Below are positions 24,583 through 35,900 of a stretch of DNA of 51,131 bases, piece by piece. The position numbers and the translations under genes are program-made. The notes below the pieces were generated by a model. That model was not told where the DNA came from. It was given only the letters and a program-made list of their open reading frames with translations, and did no database searches. The stretch is from contig PS015133.1 of the NCBI GenBank assembly GCA_048213135.1, forward strand, positions 138,167 through 189,297, in the 5' to 3' direction. This DNA is from Reclinomonas americana ATCC 50394 (taxonomy: Eukaryota). Position 1 is the stretch's first letter. Every line of letters starts with the position of its first letter.

Positions 24583-26294
24583 GAAAGAAGGAGGGAGAAA
24601 AGGGAGAAGGGGAAAGAGGGGGAGAGGGCAAAGAGGGGAAAGTTGACTGGGGCAGGAAAAGGTAAAAAATGGCGGGAGTTCGAAAGAGAGAGGGAAACGG
24701 CGTGAAGCAGAGGGAGAGTAGGAAAGGCACAAGCAAAGGGATGGGACGAGGTGGGGAGAAGGAGAGGAAGTGAATGAGAAGGCAAGAAGGGAAGGGAAGA
24801 GGGTCGGGAAAGGGAAATGGTGGAAGAAATCGGAGGGAAAGGAAAAAGAAATCAGGCAAGGTGAGACTGACGTGAGTAGCAGAGGGGCACAAGACGAAGA
24901 AAGAAAGGAGGACGAGAAGACGAGGATGGACAGAGTGAGTGACACATTAAGATCAAATGAAGAGAAACGACTGCATTCTGCAATCTCCTCGAAATGTGCG
25001 AAATAAACGAGCAAAAAGCGGGGAGAGAGAGAGAGAGGAGAGAGAGGAGAGAGAGAGAGGAGAAGGAGAGAGAGACGCAGACAGAGAGAGAATGCAACAT
25101 GAGAGCGAGAAGGAGGGAGAGACGGCAGTCTCCTGTTTCTTGCGTGTCGCGGAGAGAATGAGGGAACAAGCGAATGTCAAAGGAGGAGAGAGTAACAGTG
25201 AGCAGCCTCTCTCTCTCTCTCTCTCTCTCTCTCCTCCTCTCTACTACTACGACAACGACGACACAACACACACACTACACACACTACGTCTCCTCCTCCG
25301 TCGTCGTCGTCGTCGTCACCTACTCCTACTACCTANNNNNNNNNNNNNNNNNNNNNNNNNNNNNNNNNNNNNNNNNNNNNNNNNNNNNNNNNNNNNNNNN
25401 NNNNNNNNNNNNNNNNNNNNNNNNNNNNNNNNNNNNNNNNNNNNNNNNNNNNNNNNNNNNNNNNNNNNNNNNNNNNNNNNNNNNNNNNNNNNNNNNNNNN
25501 NNNNNNNNNNNNNNNNNNNNNNNNNNNNNNNNNNNNNNNNNNNNNNNNNNNNNNNNNNNNNNNNNNNNNNNNNNNNNNNNNNNNNNNNNNNNGAGAGGAG
25601 AAGGAGAGGAGAAGGAGAGGAGAAGGAGGAGGAGAAGGAGGGAGAAGGAGGGAGAAGGAGGGAGAAGGAGGGAGAAGGAGGGAAAGGAGGGGGAAGGAGG
25701 GGGAAAAGAGGGGAAAGGAAAAGAAGGGAAGAGAGAGAATGAAGACCGAGGCAAAGAGAGCAAGAGGAAGACAGTGAAAACAACGAGTGAAGGAAGAGAG
25801 GGCGAGGATGGGGAGCATGGTGGGAGAAGGGGAAGAGAGGGAAGAGGGCGAGGAGGGGGAGGATGGTGGAGGAAGGGGAAGAGAGGGAAGAGGGAGAAGA
25901 GAGGGGAAGGTGGAGAAGAGAGGGGAAGAGAGGGGAAGATATGGAAAGAGAGGAAGGAGGGAGAATAGAGGGGAAGGTGGAGAAAGTGGAAAAGGTGGAG
26001 AAGGAGGAGCAGGAGGGGGGAGGAGGGAAGGAGGGGAGCAGTGGAGGCAATGAGTGCGAGAGGAAATAAGTGAAGCTTGAAGAGATGAGAAGAAAGTGAC
26101 GCACGATACGAAGCAGCAAGCAAAGCGGAGAAAGAAGGAAATTCAGGAGGGAGAAGAAGCAGCAGGTACGACCCAACTGAAACTGCACTGTACCTCCTCT
26201 CNNNNNNNNNNNNNNNNNNNNCGTTACGGTACGGACGGAACGTACGTACGGTACGAGAGAAGTAGTGTAGTCGTATACGTAGTGTGTGTAGAAC

Positions 26295-26295
<1 letters not shown>

Positions 26296-26351
<56 letters not shown>
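26296..26351. repeat. (CA)n microsatellite; other dinucleotide tracts at about 8979-9012 (GA), 16638-16687 (CT), 29540-29596 (CA/CT) and 37090-37122 (GT)
   Basis: Visible directly; most lie next to assembly gaps. Confidence 0.95.
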
Positions 26352-26353
<2 letters not shown>

Positions 26354-26485
26354 CAGTTCAGGTGACGACTCAGGCGTGAGAGCAGTGTGTGTGTGTGTGC
26401 ATCAGTTGTCTCTGTCTTTCTCTCTCTGTCTCTCCCCGTGCGCACACATAATGAACGCGCGTGTCTCTCTCTGCATACATACCAG

Positions 26486-27191
26486 TCTCACGAGACGCCA
26501 TATCCGCTGCTCTGTGTGAGCTCCAAGGCCTCTGTCTCCGATGCTCGAGAACATCTGTCATTTGTCTCGCATTGCATTCATTAATTGGCCCTTATTTCAC
26601 CTCTCCTCCTCGCGCTCCTCATCCTCGCTCACTTGACCCGGCAGCTGCTGCTGCTCCTGTTGCTGCATCATTATCTCGTGGCCGACGCCCTCTCCACCGT
26701 CACCACTCGCAGGCACATTGTCGCCCTCGTCTGTCAGCAGGTCGCGACCGTCGCGACGTGGCAACTGTGAGGCCGGTCGTCGCATAAGTTCCTGTGTACA
26801 CCGACCGTGAGCGTTCTTAACACATGGCATGCGGGGAGAGCGCGCGCGTACCAGTGATGGTCGGCGAGCGAGGTCGGCGTGCACCTCGGAGGGAATGTAC
26901 AGTGGCAGGTCGGCGGCCTGCTCGGGTCTCATTTCGCCGCCAAACTGCATGTAGAGAGATGGTGAGAGAGTGGGGAAGGATGGCATTGAGAAACACTCTT
27001 GTGAAACGCACCCATCCTCCCGAGCCGATTTCGATAATGGAGCCGGAGAAACCGAGCTCGAGGTCGCCACCGCCGGCATCCGTGTACTCGTCTTCGGCGC
27101 GTGGTGGTGGCGGTAATCTGCGCGCCCGTTCCTGGGCATTCAAGCTGGCGGCACGGGCGTCGAGGAGGACTTCGTTTTGGAGGCGTTCCAT
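26486..27191 (-). CDS. Hydrophilic coding exons, probably the N-terminus of the FtsX-like permease (alternatively a separate small gene)
   Basis: ATG at 27191 (MERLQNEVLLDARAASLNAQ...) is followed by exons joined at GTGCGT and GTACGC donors. A further GTATGT donor near 26485 points toward the gaps at 26202-26221 and 25336-25591. The permease lacks its start and first TM helix otherwise. Confidence 0.5.
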
Positions 27192-27542
27192 TTCAGTGGC
27201 TCGTTCTGTGTGTGCGGCACGCGGAGTGAGGGGGTTGATGACAGGAGTGGCTATAGAAGTGGCGATGACTCACCAGCTTCCCATTGGGCGTGCACGTCGG
27301 TTTTGAGTTGGAATTCATCGGCGTGTTGTAATCTGGGGTGAGGCGAAGAGGAATAAGAAGGGGAGACGGAGGACGTGTTGCGTGCTGAATGATTTCTTCG
27401 GCACGATGTCAACAGGGAAACGAAGATTCTGAGAGTGCGTTGTGCAAACAGAGGGATGCACACGAACGACTGTGAGGTGCGAGGATGGTTGTGTTGGGTG
27501 GAGAGAGAGATGGCAAGCATCGCATGTTCGTGTTGTCGCGTG

Positions 27543-29560
27543 TCAGTTGATCTTCGTGCGCGCGCGCTTGTGGCACTCAAACCTTTGCTTCTCCGCACGC
27601 GACTTGCAGCACACGCACGGCAGAATGAGAAAGAGACATGAGCATTTGACGGCCTTTTGCAACCATTTCGCTCTGCGTTCCCAGTCAGCGCACTGCAAAG
27701 GCGCGACACGATTCACGTCGAGAAACGCAACAAGCCGAGCAAGCACGCATCCACATCACAGTCCAGATCGCACGCGCCACACGAGCACAGGAACACCGGT
27801 AGCACGGCAAACACAATCCAGCATCTGCGTGCGTGTGCTGTTAGAGGTGATCCGCAACGGTCACTCTTGTGTGTTTTGGCGACCACGCAACGAATACATG
27901 ATGGCGACCAGCGGGAAAAACAAGGCGTTGAGCACCACGTCCCACACGAAGCGGAGGCAGGAATCTGCACCGGAAGAGAGCGAGAGTGATTGGGTGAGAA
28001 GGAGATTTCAACTATAAACAGGCAGAGAATGCCGACGAGAAGAAGCTATGCACAACCCCCTCGTCCTCACAGTAAAGGAGATCTTGAACTCGATGCGCTC
28101 AAGGTAAACCAGCGAGGACATGTCACTCATCCTCGATGAGAAGGCAATTGTACATGAACTCTTAGTGAAGAATGACGAAAAAGGGTCTTCATCTCACTTG
28201 AACATTCTTCTAGTGGCGAGACAATCTTTGATGAAACACAGACGAAAGGACGCTCTCCACAAGAAGGGCATTCAGGTAACAGACGACAGAGCACTCTTCC
28301 ACACTGCGCTCACATGGTGATGGACCAAGACGAGAAGGTTTTCTCACTTGAAATCTCTAGGTTGCACTGAGATAGTCTATCGTGAAGCGCAGGCGAAAGG
28401 AGACCCTTCACAAGATGGACTCTGTTCCCTCACATATTCAACAGACTCTTCCTTTCTGCAAAGCATCGTCTTCTCACACGCCGCGCCACTCTTCTCACTT
28501 GAACATTCTTTGTGAGAAAGGATACTCTCGCAAAACGAGCAGCAACATCTGCTCCTTCAGCAGACACCCTCAAAGGCATTGCTGCCGAAACACCATCCTC
28601 GCATCTCCTCCCTCACAAACCTTCATGACAACAGCAGGCAAACGAGCAGCGTCCCATTGCGGAACAACAATCCACGCATCGCGCGCCGCACATCTAGTCA
28701 ACCCAGTGAGAACACAACAAACAACAAACAACACCAAGCAACCGAAATACGCACCCGACACGAGTCACAAACAGGCGCTGAGAGGAAAAAAACGATCATG
28801 ATGTTCGATTATGAGTTGCGGCCAACAACACGACAATCTACTCTCCCTCACAGTCACTCTCATCACTCTCTCTCTCAGTCTTGCACACACTTGTTCGCAC
28901 TNNNNNNNNNNNNNNNNNNNNNNNNNNNNNNNNNNNNNNNNNNNNNNNNNNNNNNNNNNNNNNNNNNNNNNNNNNNNNNNNNNNNNNNNNNNNNNNNNNN
29001 NNNNNNNNNNNNNNNNNNNNNNNNNNNNNNNNNNNNNNNNNNNNNNNNNNNNNNNNNNNNNNNNNNNNNNNNNNNNNNNNNNNNNNNNNNNNNNNNNNNN
29101 NNNNNNNNNNNNNNNNNNNNNNNNNNNNNNNNNNNNNNNNNNNNNNNNNNNNNNNNNNNNNNNNNNNNNNNNNNNNNNNNNNNNNNNNNNNNNNNNNNNN
29201 NNNNNNNNNNNNNNNNNNNNNNNNNNNNNNNNNNNNNNNNNNNNNNNNNNNNNNNNNNNNNNNNNNNNNNNNNNNNNNNNNNNNNNNNNNNNNNNNNNNN
29301 NNNNNNNNNNNNNNNNNNNNNNNNNNNNNNNNNNNNNNNNNNNNNNNNNNNNNNNNNNNNNNNNNNNNNNNNNNNNNNNNNNNNNNNNNNNNNNNNNNNN
29401 NNNNNNNNNNNNNNNNNNNNNNNNNNNNNNNNNNNNNNNNNNNNNNNNNNNNNNNNNNNNNNNNNNNNNNNNNNNNNNNNNNNNNNNNNNNNNNNNNNNN
29501 NNNNNNNNNNNNNNNNNNNNNNNNNNNNNNCTTCGTCACTCACACACACACACACACACA

Positions 29561-29599
<39 letters not shown>

Positions 29600-30033
29600 A
29601 ACAACTTCGCACCCTCGAACTTCGCACATTCTCTCCTTCCCTGCTCTTTCTCACACACACTCACACTACACACACTACACACACTCTCACACACTCACTA
29701 TCTCTCTCACACACTCACTATCTCTCTCACACACACACACATTCTTTCTTCCTTTCCTCGTGATCTCACTCTCTCTCCTATATTCCCCACACAATCCCTT
29801 ATCTTTCACCCTTTCCCTCCCTCTCTCTCCCTCTCTCCCTCTCTCTCACCTGGTCTAAACCAACAATGACACGCGCAAAAGTCACTGCCCGTTCGTTGAC
29901 AACAAAACACCCACTCACTGCACCACAATCTGCACAATCGCAGGCCTCCCTCTGCTGCTGCTGGTGGCACAGCTGCTTCTCCGCCTCCGCCTCCAAGCGC
30001 AGGAGGAAGAGGAGCAACAGCGCCGCCTTGCAT
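27543..30033 (-). CDS. Uncharacterised cysteine-rich membrane protein, predicted 188 aa, 6 exons
   Basis: Exons 30033-29850, 28777-28755, 28693-28621, 27964-27892, 27837-27774 and 27692-27543 total 567 nt, in phase with GT-AG junctions. Strong GC3 bias in the 27964 exon fixes the frame (DSCLRFVWDVVLNALFFPLVAIMYS). The gap at 28902-29530 could hide more exons. Confidence 0.62.
28174..28530. repeat. Decayed tandem repeat with about 150-bp period, within an intron
   Basis: TCTCACTTGAA recurs at about 28192, 28342 and 28493. GAGACAATCTTTGATGAAACACAGACGAAAGGA aligns with GAGATAGTCTATCGTGAAGCGCAGGCGAAAGGA about 150 nt later. Confidence 0.75.
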
Positions 30034-30141
30034 TATGCAAAAAAGACGAACGTTTGAGAGACCGTTGCCGTGTCCTCCCGGTCCCGCGGTCCCGCATGGA
30101 GTTTGTCCATTGTGTCAAAAGTGTGTGTGAGAGAGTGTGTA

Positions 30142-32825
30142 ATGCCGCCAACGATTCGCGTGCGGTTTATCGATGAGCAGACGAGAGAGAAGCGGAGGAT
30201 TGTGCGAGGTGAGGGAAAAAAAGAGAATGTGTGTGTGTTTTTTCCGAGTCTGAGTTTGTGTGTGAGAGTGAGAGTGTATGTGAGAGAGAGGAAAGTGCGA
30301 AGTAATTGATAAAGTCTGTCTTCCAAATCATCACTCTTCTCACTCAGTTTCTCTTCTTCTTCTCCCTCCTCTCTCTCTCTCTCCCAACCCACCCACTCAT
30401 CCTTCTTTTTCCACCAGGCGACAAACGATCATCGGAGCAACTAGTTGCCGCCGGACCACGCGTTTCATTCTACGAATCCGCTCTCTGCAATGCCGACCCC
30501 ACATTCGCCCATCGCGTGGAATACCCAAAGGACCCAGCAAATCCTGGTGAGTCATTCCCTTGAGCGTCTCATTTGCTCTCACTGTTCCATTCTTCTCTTC
30601 CTCTTTTCTCTTCTTTTCCATGCCGCTTACTGTCTCTCCTTCTGTCTCTCCCTCCCTCCCTCTCTCTATCTACCTATCTATCTATCTATCTCTCTCTCTC
30701 TCTCTATCTCTCGTTCTCCGCCTTGTTCGCATACCTCACTCTGCCTCTTTCTCTTTCTCTCCACCCTCCCTTGCCCTCTCACTCACCCTTCTCCTTCATC
30801 TCACTCGCCCGTCCCCCTTTCCCCCTTTTTCAGGCGCCCGCCCGGAACCCCTCCACCCCCCAGAACCCGGCGAAACCTTCACCGACGAGGAGATTTGCCT
30901 GTTTCGACCGGAACTCGGCGAACCGCTGTGCGGCTCCATCGAGGTCTCCTACGGCAAGTCGCTGGCGCACGAGGGCATTGTGGTGGCGGTGGTCGGGCAA
31001 ATCCGTGAGTGCACACCGATGTCCACCCCCACCCCTTCTCGTGCGACACTCACCATACGCGCAGTGGTGAGCTTTGTGCAACCGGAAAAGCACCACTTTT
31101 TGGTGTCGGAGGCCACCGTGGCGCAACCTGGTCAGCTCCCGGCCGGTGTCTCCACGATACCTTTCGAGGTGAAACCGCCGGAGCTACCGTACGACTCGTA
31201 CGTTGGGGCGGATGTGGTGTTGAGATATTTTGTGCGCGTGCAAATCAAGCGGAAGCGCTCGAGCGACATTTATCACGAGCAGGACTTTTGGGTGGAGAAC
31301 CTAGGCATGCGCTCCTCCGATGTGCCGATCGACGACTCGCTGCAGAGTGCGCGGCAGGTGGATGTGGGCATCGAGGGGTATCTGCACATTGTGTTTGAGT
31401 TTGACAAGACCTGGTGAGTGGCAGGGGGGGAAGGGAGAGAGGGAGACAGGGTAGACAGGGGAAGGAGAGGTTTGTTAGCTTGCTCTTACGGATAGAGGTG
31501 CAGTCTCATGTTAGTGGCAGAGCAAAGCTGGTACTTTGCAGAGATGTGATATCTATCGAGAGGAGAATCAGAAAGGCTTTCGCTTTGCTGGTGGGAAGGA
31601 GCGCTCTCATGTTTGTGTGGTGGTGAAGATGAGATTGAGTTTGAATGATTTAGGCGCTGTGCATGCGCGTGTGAGAGAGAGATCGAGTGAATGTTTCTTT
31701 CGCTTGCCAGCCATAATGCAGGCTTGTTCATGCCCGCCGTGTCGCTGTCATCTTTGCTCCAGCTAAACTCTCGCGTAATGGATACTCCGCATGCATACAG
31801 TTCTCATCCGCTTGCTGCTCTTCTCCAGGTACCATCTCAACGACGTCATTCTTGGTCAAGTCTTCTTTGCACAAGTACACCTCCCGATCGACCAAATGTT
31901 CATCACAGTTGAGTGCGCCCTGTGCTTTCGCTTCTATATTTTTTTATATCGCTCTCCATTTCAATGCCTTCTCTCGTGTGCCTTCCCCATTCGGTTCTCC
32001 TGTGCTCTCTGGTGTCGCCCTACCGCTTTCGTGCATGTATGTTTCATCGCTTCACTCTCCACTATTCGCTTTCCTTCACTCCACCCCTCCTTTCTCTGTT
32101 CCTCTCCCCTCCCTCTTCAACTTCTTCTCCCTCACCTTCTCTCTACTTCTCTCTCTTTCTGTCTCCCACTTTCCATTCCTTCCCCTTTCTTCTTCTTCCG
32201 TGCGTTTTCCTCGCTTCAGTTCTCTTGTGGTCTCTTTCCCTCAACTTTTCGCTTCCCTTCACTCCACCCCTCATCCTCTTCTCTGTTCCTCTCCCTCTAC
32301 TTCTCCCTCTCCTTCTCTCTACTTCTCCCGCTTTCATTGTCACCCATCCCTTTCTCCTTCTTCCATGCGCTTTCCTCGCTTCAGTTCTTTTGTGATCTCT
32401 TTCCCTCCACTCTTTGCTGTCCGTCACTCCCCCTCTCCTTTCTCCGTCCTCTTCTCTTTTCGTCTCTCAATCTTCCTCTCTCCCTCACCTTCCGTCTTTC
32501 CCTTCCCCCTCCCCTCCCTTCCCCCTCCTTCCCCCCCCCCTTCCCACAGATGGTCCGCAAGGAAATCTGCGGCTCGGGCCCCACCGACGTCACCGAAACC
32601 ACCATGCTGGCCTCGTCGGAGCTCATGGACGGATTCCCGGGCGAGGGCGACAATGTACCGGTGCGCTTCTTCTTAAAGCCGGTGTTCAGCCTGACACCGA
32701 CCTTTGTCAACGTGCACAATGTGTACTCGGTGCGCTACTTTATCAACCTGGTGCTCATCGACACCGAGAATCGCAAGTTCTTCAAGCAGCACGAGGTGTA
32801 CCTGTATCGCGAGCGGCCCGGGTGA
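30142..32825 (+). CDS. VPS26: Retromer subunit VPS26 (arrestin fold), divergent, with an N-terminal insertion
   Basis: [68 protein letters not shown] and LTPTFVNVHNVYSVRYFINLVLIDTENRKFFKQHEVYLYR match VPS26. Six exons join in phase. Confidence 0.93.
32065..32407. repeat. About 180-bp tandem duplication in the last VPS26 intron
   Basis: TTCGCTT(T/C)CCTTCACTCCACCCCTC...TTTCCTCGCTTCAGTTCT(C/T)TTGTG(G/A)TCTCTTTCCCTC occurs twice. Confidence 0.8.
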
Positions 32826-32921
32826 TGGTTGGTGTGAGAGAACGAGAAGATGATGAAAAGAAATGTAATCAATCAGTGCATTGTGTGAACCCTAAAGGAA
32901 ACACTCTGTACATTGCTAAAG

Positions 32922-35900
32922 TCACCTCCACCCTGGTTTCGCCGTCGGCGATGCACTGCGCACCGTCGTTGTCACCGTCAACTGCTGTTGCTGCTGTTGC
33001 TGTAGCTGTTGCTGCGGTGGCGGCTGTTGAATTGGCTGTGATCGTGCGGCGTAGCCACCACCACCACCACCACCGCGCTTCTTCTGCTCACCGCCGCCCA
33101 CTCGCCGCTTCTTGCCCCGCTGGCCACCTCCATCCTCATTGCCGGTGTCATCCGCCTCACCATCCGCATCGCCATCGTCGACCTCATGCTTGCCGTTCGT
33201 CTCCGCGTGCGCATCAGCCGACACATCGACAACGGCATGCCGTGGCGGCCGACTGAGCGAGGCCAGTTCCAGCTGTCGGCGACACTGCTCGAGTTGGAGG
33301 CGGAGCACGCCAATCTCCTCGTTCTTGCGAAATTCGAGTTCGGTCAGCGAGCGGCCATTCTCTTGCTGCGGAGAGCGGGAGAAAGGGCGTCATCAGTGAT
33401 TGATTGAGGCGATCAATTCATCAATCTCTTCTTTTCCATCTACTTCTGTTGCCTTCCGATCTACCGCTTCTGCCATTCTCCGTCCCTCGCCTTTCCTTTC
33501 CCCAAATATCTCCCTCTCGTGCCACCCTCCCTTGTCTTCTCTTTATCACATCACTGCGGCATTCCACATAGTGCGTGCATCATTCTTCTTCACCTCCGTT
33601 GCACTCCCTCCTTCTTCTTTTTCCATATTATTCCACTATTTCCTCATCTCTCTACCTCCCCCTCCTTTCTCTCCACATGCCAACCTCTCTGCAGCGTCCC
33701 ACTTAGCCGTCTTTAGTACTTCGCATCGTTTGTCAATCCCATTTCTTCGCCCTTTTCCTCCTCTTCCCTCCCCATCCTTGGCCTCCTGTGCCTCTCCCCT
33801 CCTTGTCTCAGTTTCTTCGCCACCACTTTGATTACTCGCCGCATCTTTCCCCTATCTTCCCGCTTTCCACTTTTCGTCCTCCTCTCTACCTCCCCCTCCT
33901 TTCTCTTCCCATTCCAAACCCTCTGCAGCACCCAATACCAACCTTCTTCGTCTACATATCTCCCCACCTGCACTCAACACCATTTACCTCCCCCTTCCCC
34001 TTCCCCCCTACTCTCCCTCCTCCCTCTTCCCTTCCCCCTTCCCCCTTCTTCCCCTTTCCCCACTCACCAACTGCTCCAACAACGACTCACACACCGCCTG
34101 ATCGACCGTGCCCTGTGCCATTCTCAAAATCGCCCCATGCAACACCTCCGCCTGCTGCTTCCACTCCGCCGCCTGCTGCCGCGCCCGCTTCAGCTCCTTG
34201 GCCATGCGCTGCAGTCGGCGATCGTCTGCCGCCGCCGCCGCTGCCGCCGCCGCCGATGACGACGACGAGGAGGCGGAAGACGGCACTTGGATGGGATGCT
34301 GCAGGCGGTGCGTAAATTGTCGACTGAGGTCGCGCAGGCGCGTCACCTGCAAGCATGCACCCATCCAGCAGGTATTAGTGTACGTTTCTGTTTGCGGGCA
34401 CCACAATCACCCGCCGACGCACCTCATTCTCTCGCTCCATCCACTCCAAATCAAACATGTGCTGTACAACAAAATTGTGCTCCTCGTCCTCGTCGAGCAC
34501 CGCCGCTGTCGTCGTGCCTCGCACGTCACTGGGGCGGCCCGATGCCGCCGCATAAAGGGGCGGTGACGAGGGCGCCATCAGGAGCTCCGTCGAAAACAGA
34601 TGCGGCAGTGGACTGAACTCGCCGCTGGCCGTTCGCCCGCCTTGCGACTCCGAGGCCATGCCACCTCCGGCTCCGCCGCCGACTCCCAACTGTCCGACAC
34701 TCAGCAGATTCTTGGTGTTTGACGAGGCCTCACGCCGCGGTGACACGTCGGCCGACACCGACACGCCGCCGCCATACGAATCATGCAGCTTTCCCTCGTG
34801 ACCAGCATTCGCATGCGCCGCCAAGCGTGTCTCCGAGGCCGCACTGAGTGGCACGCGTGGTGTCACCTCCGGCACCGGGAGCACATCGATCGGCAGCGAC
34901 GGCACCACCGACGGACGCGGTGGCGAGCGGTGGTACTCCTCACGCATTTGCTGCGGCGACATGTCAGCAATCTTCCTCCTATTTCTCTCACTATTCCCCC
35001 TTGGCTCACCTTGGTCGGCGACGGCGTGCTGGTTCCCATCGTGTACTCGCCCTCCGACTCCTCCCCGTTGAGACTCCAGTCGCTGGAGGTGTTCAGAGGA
35101 TCCCCAATGGCGGCGCCGGGCACGCGCTCCGCCGGCACTCCCAGGGTTCGCGGACTGCCCACTGGCGTGCTCTTCTTCGACAACGTCTTGCGCCGCTCCT
35201 CCACCACCCGCTTCACCCGCTGAATGTGCTGCTTCAGCGCCTCAGTGTCGCGCTGTCGCTGCGCTGTCAAGCGAGACCGCTCGTCACTCAGCAACTCCCC
35301 AATCGCCTCCTGCATCGTCTTGGAACTGACGGCCGAGATGGCGCCGGCGGAACTCCGACGCCCGCCAATCATCGTGGGTCTCTGCTGCTGCTGCTGTTGT
35401 TGTTGTTGTTGTGGCTGCGGGGGCGGTGGTGGTGGTGGTGGTGGTGGTGCTACTGCCGGCGGTTGTGACGCGCCAGTTCGCTCTCGCGGTGACGTCGAGA
35501 GGAGCGACTCGGTAGTGCGCAGCCGCTCCAGCGAGACGCCCGGCAAGTTCATCGTGCCCGAGATCTCGTTGAAGCTGTGCGCCAGTTGCTCCAGTGACAG
35601 TGCATTCGGCGCCGCGGCACCCGCCGCCAGCGGACTGGTCACCACGCCCTGCGCCACACCCTCGCCCGACCGGCGAACGCCTTTTCTCCGCGAATCCTCT
35701 GCAGTGTCGTTGCTGAAGGAGACGGCGGCGAGGGTGGCGGCCATCGACGGCCGCTCCTCCACTCGACTGGTCAGGTTGCCGGACCGAGAGTCGCGCTCGG
35801 AGCTCTTGGAGCGTGCCGAGGCCGAATCACGCGGCGTAATCGGCGCACTCTTGGTGCCGCTCTTGGAGCGCGCGGCCACCACTGCCTGGTGCGGTTGTCC

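Noticed and set aside
24420-26150. Long ORFs rich in S/L/P/F or E/G/R/K in the ORF track (also at 10231-11001, 31791-32550, 33400-34060 and 49330-49980)
   Set aside because: They are translations of polypurine/polypyrimidine intron tracts that lack stop codons by composition.
25240-26295. Unusual CGT/TAC-rich periodic sequence beside gaps
   Set aside because: Most consistent with low-quality pyrosequencing read ends rather than biology.
28127-28261. Minus-strand GERPFVC...FRHSSLRVHVQLPSH resembling a C2H2 zinc finger
   Set aside because: Cys spacing is wrong, neighbouring repeat units contain stops, and it lies within an intron. At most a relic.
29866-30141. Plus-strand ORF (CCCWW, KRRRKR) in frame with VPS26 and separated from it by one TGA, suggesting readthrough or selenocysteine
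   Set aside because: It is antisense to exon 1 of the minus-strand Cys-rich gene, VPS26 homology starts at ATG 30142, and I recognised no SECIS element.
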